Assembly (NCBI GenBank): GCA_027118455.1
Contig: JAJAYZ010000091.1
Coordinates: 416 to 64,415 of the forward strand
DNA: 64,000 bases
Direction of reading: 5' to 3'
Origin: Actinomycetes bacterium
Lineage (GTDB): Bacteria > Actinomycetota > Actinomycetes > JAHEKZ01
Shown here: one piece after another, positions 56,365 to 64,000 of the stretch
Layout: the number at the start of each line of letters is the position of its first letter
Numbering within the stretch: position 1 is the first letter of the stretch
The notes under the pieces: model-generated
Databases searched by the model: none
The model's input: only the letters and a program-made list of their open reading frames with translations
Told to the model about the DNA's origin: nothing
Program-made: the position numbers and the translations under genes

Positions 56365-58278
56365 TCAACCGATGCGAACGAGTGGAACGCCACCGCGTGC
56401 AAGCTCGTCGTAGATGTCTTGGATAGGACTCTGCGAACCGCGTTGGTCGCACTGCGTGAAGATCAGTCTTTCGGCAGCGCGTGAGACCCCAACGAAGAAG
56501 GCCATGGTGGAGTCGATGGTCTCTCTCGCATGTGCCCACCATTGGTCGCCGTCGAGCCCGACGAAGAAGACCGTGTGGTACTCCAGCCCCTTGCTACGGT
56601 GGATGGTGAGCAGGGGGACGGCGTCTTCCTCGATGAAGGCACCAGCTACTTGGTCCCATGCGTCCGCGTCCGCGATCACGGCCCCGAGGCGGAGCTTGAA
56701 CGCATCCAGGGTGATGTCTAGGTCCTCAGGTCGGTCGGTGAAGACTCGCTTGTGAGCGAGGTCGTCCAGCTGCACGAACTCAGTCAGCAGGTCCGTCAGA
56801 TCGTCGGTCAGTTCTTTCACGCGTTCAGGGGTCGGTGACGCCACAATGTGATTGTCGAGGAACCTAGCTGCGAACCACGACCGTAGTTGGACGAGGAAAG
56901 CCGCGAGCGAGTCGTCGGCGCGGCTTCCGACCTCGCGGTTGAGTTCTTCTGGGATGAACTGAGCCAGGATGCCTACGACGTCGCGCCATGCTCCGGGTTG
57001 TCCCCCTCGCGACGCACCGAGGCGAATGAGCCCCACGAGCAGCCTTATCAGTTCGTCCTTGAGCAGGTCCTGGAGACGAACCTTTCCGATGAGCGCGTCG
57101 TCGTTGCGTAGCTTGAGCTGTTGCTTGGCAAGGGAGCTCGCAAGAGCCGGCTCCAGGTCAGCGACCTTCTGGCGAGCGATGAGGGCGTATTTGGACGCCG
57201 GACGACCCGATTGCTCGATGTCAGCGGCAATCCACGCCGCGAGGGTGTCGGCCTCGAGCGTGGTGGTTGAGAACGACCAGATCGCTGTCGGGCTCTCCCC
57301 GAGAGTTGCGGGAACCTGTGAGATCTGGCGTTGTGCTTGCGGGTGGAGAAGCTCCGCGAACCGATGTTGTAGGTCGACGAGTTGCTGGGTGGAGCGAAAG
57401 TTCCAGTTCAGTTCGAAGGGGGAGGCACTGAAGTCGTGCTCGAACTGGCTGAATGCGTCGTCGAGCGCGCCGGCCCATCCCATGATGCGCTGTTTGCGGT
57501 CTCCGACCACGGTGACGATGGTTTGAGAGCCACCGAACACCGAGTGGAGGAAGGAGTACTGCGTGTAGGTCGTGTCCTGGAACTCGTCGACGAACACGTA
57601 CGGGTAGGTAGCGAGCAGTGCACGTCTGAGCTGGGGATTTGTCCGGATCAGCAGCTCTGCCAGACGGTTGAGCATGACGAAGTCGACCGTGGGTACCTCG
57701 TGAGCGAGGTACTTCTGCGCCCACCAGCTGAGCACTGCGTATTCAGCAGGAGTGGTTGTAGCACCGAGTTCAGAGGGAAGCTGAGTCGGTCCGACCATGT
57801 CCGAGATGAAGGTGCCGCCCTTGATCGCGTTAAGCGCCGACTGCAACCCTGGGTCGGCGCTGGCAGCGAGGTTGTCTAGGAAGTCGCGCACCTCCCTGAC
57901 GCTTGAGAACCCGACCCTGTAGGGCCTCTTCATTGCCCAGGTCACTGGGAGCAGGTCCTTGAACCGGTCGACGAGGGACTTGGTGAAGGCGTCGAAGGTC
58001 ATCGAGGTGAAACGGTCGGCATGCTCGGGGATTCGCCCCCAGACCCGTCGCCGCAGGTTCGCCGCAGCATCGCGCTTGAAGGAGATTGCCAGGATCTGCT
58101 GGGGTGGCCGGCAGATGCCCGTTTCGAGGAGATAGCTTGCCCTTTGCGCGAGGAACTCTGATTTGCCGGCGCCCGGGCCGGCTGTGACGCTGGAAGTGTT
58201 CGCTCGTAGGGCATCCCACGCCGCCGGCTCCAGATCGTCGATGTCGCGTGGTCGCCACTCGGCTGGGTCAGTCCTCAC
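56365..58278 (-). CDS. UvrD/Rep-family helicase (GajB-like)
   Basis: Motif I SVTAGPGAGKSEFLAQR and UvrD-like helicase motifs. The GTG start overlaps the upstream OLD-family stop (GTGA). The longest ORF start lies at 58374. Confidence 0.7.
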   Translation of the reverse strand: MRTDPAEWRPRDIDDLEPAAWDALRANTSSVTAGPGAGKSEFLAQRASYLLETGICRPPQQILAISFKRDAAANLRRRVWGRIPEHADRFTSMTFDAFTKSLVDRFKDLLPVTWAMKRPYRVGFSSVREVRDFLDNLAASADPGLQSALNAIKGGTFISDMVGPTQLPSELGATTTPAEYAVLSWWAQKYLAHEVPTVDFVMLNRLAELLIRTNPQLRRALLATYPYVFVDEFQDTTYTQYSFLHSVFGGSQTIVTVVGDRKQRIMGWAGALDDAFSQFEHDFSASPFELNWNFRSTQQLVDLQHRFAELLHPQAQRQISQVPATLGESPTAIWSFSTTTLEADTLAAWIAADIEQSGRPASKYALIARQKVADLEPALASSLAKQQLKLRNDDALIGKVRLQDLLKDELIRLLVGLIRLGASRGGQPGAWRDVVGILAQFIPEELNREVGSRADDSLAAFLVQLRSWFAARFLDNHIVASPTPERVKELTDDLTDLLTEFVQLDDLAHKRVFTDRPEDLDITLDAFKLRLGAVIADADAWDQVAGAFIEEDAVPLLTIHRSKGLEYHTVFFVGLDGDQWWAHARETIDSTMAFFVGVSRAAERLIFTQCDQRGSQSPIQDIYDELARGGVPLVRIG

Positions 58279-60298
58279 GCTGGATCGACCGCCTTGGCGA
58301 TGGCGTCGAGCAGCCTTCCCAGCCGCTCTGGCGGCCTGGCTAAGCCAGAAGCACTGACTTGGTTGAGGGCGCACAAGTGAGTGCCGGGCTTCGAGTGGGT
58401 GAGAAAGAGGTACCTGTACCAGCGCAGGTCCTCAAGCTTGTCGTCCGTAGCCCAGATCGGAACATCCGGCCTGACCTTGGGCTGGCCGAGCACGGCATCG
58501 CGAGGATCGCCCTCGCTACTCGGTCCCTTGGCGCCCGGCTCAAGGTTTGTCGTGTAGGCATCCCTGAACGTCATGAGAAGCGCCATGTCGAGGTCGAGTG
58601 GGGTGGAGAAGAAGATGTTCCACTTCTCAAGATGGTTGAGCCAAGCGACGAGTTGGTCCTGGTCGAGGCCGTCGATGTAGTCTTTGGAAGTGAAGCCTTC
58701 GATACCTTCAAACGGGTCGTAGCCATTCGCGGCCAGCTGTTCGCAGACATCGCGGATTCGGCCCTCGCCGCCGCCAGCACGTCCCCAGTCGAGGTCGAGG
58801 AGCGTGGCGTAGGGAATATCGAGTTGAGAGAGAAGGCGCCAGAAGTGGTTGGTGTGCCGTCCGCCGAGCGGCACGACAGCGACGAAGGATTGGTCGATGT
58901 GCATGCCTCGACCGGCCGCCAACTTAGGCAGAACCAGTTCCTCAGACGCTCCCTCGCCGAGCACTACGAACCTGGCAAAGTACAGTTCCGGGTGCGCACG
59001 GACGGCTTCCCGGATGTATTTTCCGGCCTCGGTGGAGTCGTCGGGCAGGACGATCTCTCGAACCTTGGACGTCTTCGTGGACTCGTCGAGACGAAGGTGT
59101 CGGATCTTCTCTGGCTCGATGCGCGCGACGGCGCTGGCTGAGTGACTTGAGATGACAGCCTGGGCTCGGCCGCTCGTGGTTACGTCGAGAAGTTGCTGGA
59201 CGACGCGGGAGAGGAAGTATGGGGCGAGGTTGTTCTCGGGCTCCTCCAGCGCCAGCAGGGTCAGGGACGGGAGGTTTTTATTTGACAGGTCGAACTCGTC
59301 GTCGTGGTCACCGGCGGCGATTGCCGCTTCGATGTCAAGGATTGCGGCCGTCAACGCGATGTAGAGCAACGACTGCTGACCATCACTGAGCTCCTGCGCC
59401 GGGCGGGTTCTTCCTGCAGGGGAAGGCTCGAAGATCAGCTCGGCGCTGGACACCAGCACGCTGACGTCGCGATTGATCGGCTCGAAGGACGGCTTCTGGT
59501 CGGCGACCGCATGATGGAGTTGTTGCCAACGACTGGAGATGGCCTTCGTGACCGCGTCGACAACAGGCTCGTCCTTGAACTTGTCAGTGAGCTCCTCGGC
59601 TGCCTCGCTGACGTGGGTACGGAAGGGCTCTGACCACTGGCTGGCGCGCCAGACCCGACCGCGGAGGAAGGTGCTGACCTGCCGGGCGCCATCACGGGTC
59701 GCAGGGACGTAGACCATCTGGATGCGATTGCGGTCCGAGGCGCGAAGTTCGACCCAGCTCTCTCCATATTCTTCTTCGAACGTATGAACGACCCGCCGAC
59801 TCTCCTCGACCGTGCCAACCACCGGGCCATCCGCTGACCAGACGGCTTCGAGCACGATGCGCAGCTTGAGCTGGCCGTCTTCATCCGCAGACATCTGTGC
59901 GAAGAACTCCGGCACGGCGCCGGGTGGGGCGTCATCTTCTTCCGCAGCGAGCTCAGGGAAGGCGAAGACTGCCTCGATGGTTAGGGCCCGCTCGTCGGGC
60001 TCTTCCTGTTCGGCGTCGGGAACGTGGAAGTCCTCGACCCGCACCTGGCGCTGGTCCGAGACGACGCTGAACAGTCGCAGTAGAGCCTGGCAGACAGCTG
60101 TCTTCCCACTCGCGTTGGCGCCGAGCATCGCAGTGAGCTGCGCATCGAACCGGATCGTCGTCGGCTCCGGCCCGAAGCACTGGAAGTTGGTGACGGTCAG
60201 ACGCTCTAGGAACAACTCGGCCTCCGACCTTCGTGCCCAGTCACCCAGGCCAGTTATGTGAACGATACGAAATCTGACATGACTACGTCGGGTCGACA
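58275..60298 (-). CDS. OLD-family ATP-dependent endonuclease: ABC-type ATPase plus TOPRIM (GajA-like, class 2 OLD)
   Basis: Walker A LGANASGKTAVCQALLRLF. The TOPRIM glutamate motif VVLGEGASEELVLPKLAA and the DxD motif LLDLDWG lie in the C-terminal domain. Confidence 0.7.
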
Positions 60299-60435
60299 TC
60301 CGAAGTCGCAGCTTCGTCTTCGGTTTCGGAGTCAGATCGGTTGCAAGAAGGTTGCCGCCTCGGTCAGGCGCAGCGCCACGCAAAAGTCGCCGAAATTCGT
60401 GAGGTCGAACCTCGGTCCGGTGGCATCCTTGGACC

Positions 60436-60654
60436 GTGACTGACTACGCCACTGACCCGAAGGGGTATGAAGAACGCCTGCTGGCGAAACTTCAGCCTTC
60501 TCGGGTTCGTTCGACCCTGGCGTTCACCGCCCTGTTCCAGCTCACTCACGAAATGTTGAAGTCGATGGTCCTCGACGACGTGAAGAGCTTCTACGGGTAC
60601 ATCAACCTCGGCGGAGACGTCCGATGGTTCCCCGAAGGAGGCGAGGTCGAGTAG
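60436..60654 (+). CDS. Hypothetical protein; same frame as 60667..61023 across a single TAG
   Basis: 72-aa ORF. The TAG at 60652-60654 is followed in frame by a 118-aa ORF. Confidence 0.3.
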   Translation: MTDYATDPKGYEERLLAKLQPSRVRSTLAFTALFQLTHEMLKSMVLDDVKSFYGYINLGGDVRWFPEGGEVE

Positions 60655-60666
60655 CAACGGAAGGTC

Positions 60667-61023
60667 TTGAACCTTCACACGAACAGATTCACCGCCTCCC
60701 TGCTGTGGCTCCAGCAGATGGATGCGCTCACTGCTGAGCCGGCGGCGCGCCTGCATGACATCTACGAACACCGGCATGACCTCACCCATGAGCTCGCGAA
60801 GTACCTGGTGGACCCGAACCTTGAACCCAACTTCGACCTGTTCATCGAGGCCCTGAAGACGCTGAAGGCGCTGTCGCGGTTCTGGACCGAGGTCGAAGCC
60901 GGCTACGGCACCTTCGAGGATTTCCCCGACCTCGACCTCGACGAGGTCAAGAACGGCCGGATGATTCTGATCGAGCTATGCATTAGCGCGTACGGGCACG
61001 GTCTCACCAACGCCGACACTTGA
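60667..61023 (+). CDS. Hypothetical protein
   Basis: 118 aa, alpha-helical, no recognised domain. Confidence 0.35.
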   Translation: MNLHTNRFTASLLWLQQMDALTAEPAARLHDIYEHRHDLTHELAKYLVDPNLEPNFDLFIEALKTLKALSRFWTEVEAGYGTFEDFPDLDLDEVKNGRMILIELCISAYGHGLTNADT

Positions 61024-61357
61024 CCCCGAAACCTGCGTTCAACACCGCTGTCGCCATGAGAGAGTTTCTCTTCGACACCTGGCACGACCGCGAGAAGAAG
61101 GGCGCCGACACGTAAACCCGGCCGCCCGAACGAACCGGTTGCGCGATGCTGAACCCGTGACGGAGAAGACGAACCAACTGGAGTTGCCGCCGGGGTTGGA
61201 CCGGCTGGTCGCGCACGCGACCGGGCAGGCAGTCTTCGGTCTCGGCGTCCTCTCCACGCTCGTCGCTGGCCTGGAGGAAGAGCTTGCTGCACCACCAGGG
61301 TTTCGGTCCCTTGAGAAGGCCGTTCTCGGGTGCGCGATGTGGACGAAGCGCGCCCAA

Positions 61358-63604
61358 CTATGTGTGTCCCGCCCGGTCCCTATGGAGCGAGTCGATCAAC
61401 TCCCGCGTCCTCTCTTGAACACTGCTCCGGATCTCGATCGACCGGATGCTTGCCGACACCGGGAGGCGGGTTGACGCCAGACGGCCGGCGAACTCCTTTG
61501 ACCGCGAGTTCCAGAGGTTGAGGTTGAACTGAAGCGGTCGGTCGGGGATCGGCGTGGGGTCCCATGTCATCCGTTCGTAGACGACCGCGCCGTCCACGAG
61601 CCAGCGGATCGCGTTCGGCTGCCAGTCGATCTCGTAGGTATGGAAGTCACTGGCGGCATCGAACCCGAGATCGACCAGAGTCGGCGTGCCGCGGTAGCCG
61701 TACTCGAGCTTCGTGCCCTCGGGACCAGGGTTGTAGAACACGTTGATGAGCATCTTGCTGGTGTCCTTGCCGAGAAACTCGATATCGATCTCTTGGCGTG
61801 GCCCGTTTCGATGAAGGAACATGCCTGTCACGAGTCCATGCACGGCCGGAGGACAGAGGTCAGCCTTGAACGTTCCGTAGCGGTAGGCGGATCGGGTGGC
61901 GATCGCTCCGGACGTGAGTCCACGGACCGCGGTCCGCTCCTGACGGAGGGTGAGCAGGGCGCGGTCTCCGCGCTGACTGACGTTCGCTGGCGTAAACAGC
62001 GCCATGTTGCTTGGGAACGTGTCGTCGCGGAGTATCCAGGCTGCGTCGTCGAGTCCGGCGTCAAAGGCCCAGTCAACGCGTTCAAATGACCTGGGTGAAT
62101 CGGGAATCGTGCCGACGGTGATGCCGTCCCATGCGCGGGTTGGATTCACGATCCACGGCCCACTGTCGCGCTTCAGATCGGTCGATTTGCGAGCGCCTTG
62201 CGTAAGCGACCGGATGCCAACGGTGCGGACCCCGATGTCGTTGTCGGTCGGATAGGGCAGCGCCGGATAGTCGATGCCGAGGAACTCGCTAAGGGCCGCC
62301 CACTTGTCTGTCATATCCGGCGTAAGTGTGAGGGCGCGATCGTGAAGGGCAGGAGGCAATGGACGATTCGCGGACGTGAGGATGAATCTCGTGCCGGGAT
62401 TCGTCTTCGCCGCCTGCCGCAGAGCTTCCGCCGAAAGCGAGGTGATGTTGACGTAGGCGTTGAACAGGCAACCTCGATCACCGCGGAGGAGGGCTTGCTC
62501 TTCTGCCGTGGGCAAGTGTTCAAGGTCGTTGATGCACGTGTATCCGAGCATGGATAGGGCGGTACTGAGCGCGGTCAAGCCGGTCCCGGGTTCACCGACC
62601 GCTAGAACTGGGCCGGTCAAGTGTTTGGTTGCTGGGACGAGTGGCTTCTCGCGCGTGACGACCCCGACTTGGGACAGCACGGGCAGGACAGAGTACGAGT
62701 TGGTCGTCGGCTCGTCGATGCGCTGCTCGATGAGCGGGCGTGCCGCGATGAACGCACGCACTCGACCGAACTGCATGTTGAGCCACAAGTCGACTGGGCC
62801 GTATACGGGTAACTGGTCGAGCAGTTTTCGAGCGCCGATGCGGCTCAGGACATATCCGGAGGCTTCCCAGATCCCCGGGTGCCGTAGTCGCCGAGCGCCC
62901 GTTCCCTCGTTGGCGGCTGAGATGCTGCCGACTTCGTTGAATGCTAAGAACAGGAGTTCGAAATCTGGCTCGTCGGCCTCTTGGTGCGTGAGCGACGACC
63001 AGGTCGTTTCAAGATCGCGAGCGAAGCCGAATGTCATGAACACGTCGTCTTCAAGCACGAGCGCGTTGGAGACATCACCGTGGGCTATTAGTTTCCAGAC
63101 CTCGATGTGAGATAGGGCCACAGCGATTTCTTGCTTCGTCATCTCGATCTCACGGGCCCGCGTCTCACTGTTGATCTGAAGAAGCGGGTTTGGGTCGACC
63201 GTGAGCTGGTCGGCCAGCGTGAATCGCGGGATTAACACTGCGGGGCCTGGCATCGACTCCAAGTACCTTGCGTCAATGGCAGAGAATCGTCGGGCAAGCG
63301 TCGAGAGGCGTTCTCCGTGCCGGCCTCGAAAGCGATCGAGCTCTCGTCGTACCCGGCGCCAACGGTCGGGCCGCCGGTCGAGATTGATCACATAGATACG
63401 ACGCAAGGCAGCGGCCTCGTCGCTGCGGCAAAACACGGCTGCGCGTCGGCGCCAGTCGAATATCCGAAGGCGAAGTCGTCCGTGGTGCAGGAGGCTCTGC
63501 CGACAGTCCACGAACGCGAGTCGGTTCATGGACGGTCTCTCTTCTCCTCGCCGCGAATCCAGTTCCTCCAGTTGCGTCCGTCGCCTCGATAGTCGAGAGG
63601 CCAC
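61358..63604 (-). CDS. Multidomain carbohydrate-active enzyme: glycosyltransferase family 25-like N-domain, P-loop (sulfotransferase-like) middle region, glycoside hydrolase family 16 C-domain
   Basis: N-terminal IYVINLDRRPDRW is the GT25 (LPS glycosyltransferase) signature. A middle P-loop reads VGEPGTGLTAL. The C-terminal EIDIEFLGKD is the GH16 ExDxxE catalytic motif. Confidence 0.55.
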   Translation of the reverse strand: MASRLSRRRTQLEELDSRRGEERPSMNRLAFVDCRQSLLHHGRLRLRIFDWRRRAAVFCRSDEAAALRRIYVINLDRRPDRWRRVRRELDRFRGRHGERLSTLARRFSAIDARYLESMPGPAVLIPRFTLADQLTVDPNPLLQINSETRAREIEMTKQEIAVALSHIEVWKLIAHGDVSNALVLEDDVFMTFGFARDLETTWSSLTHQEADEPDFELLFLAFNEVGSISAANEGTGARRLRHPGIWEASGYVLSRIGARKLLDQLPVYGPVDLWLNMQFGRVRAFIAARPLIEQRIDEPTTNSYSVLPVLSQVGVVTREKPLVPATKHLTGPVLAVGEPGTGLTALSTALSMLGYTCINDLEHLPTAEEQALLRGDRGCLFNAYVNITSLSAEALRQAAKTNPGTRFILTSANRPLPPALHDRALTLTPDMTDKWAALSEFLGIDYPALPYPTDNDIGVRTVGIRSLTQGARKSTDLKRDSGPWIVNPTRAWDGITVGTIPDSPRSFERVDWAFDAGLDDAAWILRDDTFPSNMALFTPANVSQRGDRALLTLRQERTAVRGLTSGAIATRSAYRYGTFKADLCPPAVHGLVTGMFLHRNGPRQEIDIEFLGKDTSKMLINVFYNPGPEGTKLEYGYRGTPTLVDLGFDAASDFHTYEIDWQPNAIRWLVDGAVVYERMTWDPTPIPDRPLQFNLNLWNSRSKEFAGRLASTRLPVSASIRSIEIRSSVQERTRELIDSLHRDRAGHT

Positions 63605-64000
63605 TTGCTGACGGCCACCGTCTCCCAGCCCATGAGGAACTCGAAATCCCGCGCTGCACCATCTGCCTCCAGCTCGACGGCGTGCGCCGCGAGACTGGCC
63701 GTGAGGTTGCCCGGCCCGGTTACTGACTGGATGTCACGAGCCGTCTGCCTCGTGGCCAGCAAGAGCGTCGTCGAACGCTCCAGAGCCCTGGCGATCACCG
63801 GGTGCCCAGGTCCAGCGACAAGCGGATTGTTGTTGACGTAGAAGATTCGCTGCGCACCTGTCCGGTCCGCCAGTGCTTCCGCCACGTCAATCATCGAGTT
63901 CGAGGAAATGTCGAAACACAGCGCCTGAAGGAGTAGCCGACCGGTTCGCATCAATGGGTCGATGTCCGCACCCTGGTACTCATCGTCGGCGTCGACGTAC
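63526..64000 (-). CDS. Hypothetical protein, 5' end possibly beyond the window edge
   Basis: ORF 63526..63954 has open reading frame continuing to position 64000. It overlaps the start region of the neighbouring gene, so one of the two starts is mis-set. Confidence 0.25.
   Translation of the reverse strand, partial: YVDADDEYQGADIDPLMRTGRLLLQALCFDISSNSMIDVAEALADRTGAQRIFYVNNNPLVAGPGHPVIARALERSTTLLLATRQTARDIQSVTGPGNLTASLAAHAVELEADGAARDFEFLMGWETVAVSKWPLDYRGDGRNWRNWIRGEEKRDRP

Noticed and set aside
1-64000. CRISPR arrays and cas genes.
   Set aside because: No array of short regularly spaced direct repeats and no Cas-like ORFs were seen anywhere in the window.

Overview
This is a high-GC actinobacterial window of 64 kb. 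It contains a core, a composite accessory region anchored at tmRNA, and a conjugative-element-like region carrying anti-phage cargo.

Core genes: an FAD oxidoreductase and an SRPBCC protein on the left; a Tad/Flp pilus locus (cpaB, cpaE-like, tadA, tadB, tadC, flp, three tadE-like genes); and a complete selenocysteine locus (selD, tRNA-Sec selC, selA, selB).

Accessory region: a phage-type tyrosine integrase and an excisionase-like gene sit immediately 3' of ssrA. They are followed by a 3' fragment of initiator tRNA-Met, a PRTase-like ORF broken by an in-frame TAG, IS3 and IS256 fragments, an ImmA/IrrE plus XRE pair and a DyP peroxidase.

Most striking observation: two diverged paralogous copies of an uncharacterised envelope/redox gene cassette. 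Each copy has a MauE/DoxX-like membrane protein, a membrane-anchored CxxC thioredoxin-like protein, a Tat-exported 8-Cys secreted protein sharing a NAW.W...RCSDG motif, a polytopic membrane protein, a cytoplasmic protein of about 235 aa, and a beta-propeller envelope protein. Copy 2 lies directly downstream of selB. It is interrupted by an intact IS and is linked to an ECF sigma / anti-sigma pair. Copy 1 has visibly lower GC and is preceded by a roughly 135-bp ghost copy of the selB 3' end.

Right third (about 42-61 kb): a conjugative-element-like region with VirB2-like, VirB6-like, SCO6880-like, VirB4-like, DnaB-N, VirD4, lytic transglycosylase/NlpC and ArdC-like genes. No relaxase is seen. 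Its cargo comprises a TIR-domain protein with an unknown partner, a GNAT, a UDG-superfamily protein, a multiply frameshifted tyrosine recombinase, and a Gabija-like OLD-family ATPase/TOPRIM plus UvrD-like helicase pair. A GT25 / P-loop / GH16 fusion gene lies at the window end.

No CRISPR array was seen.
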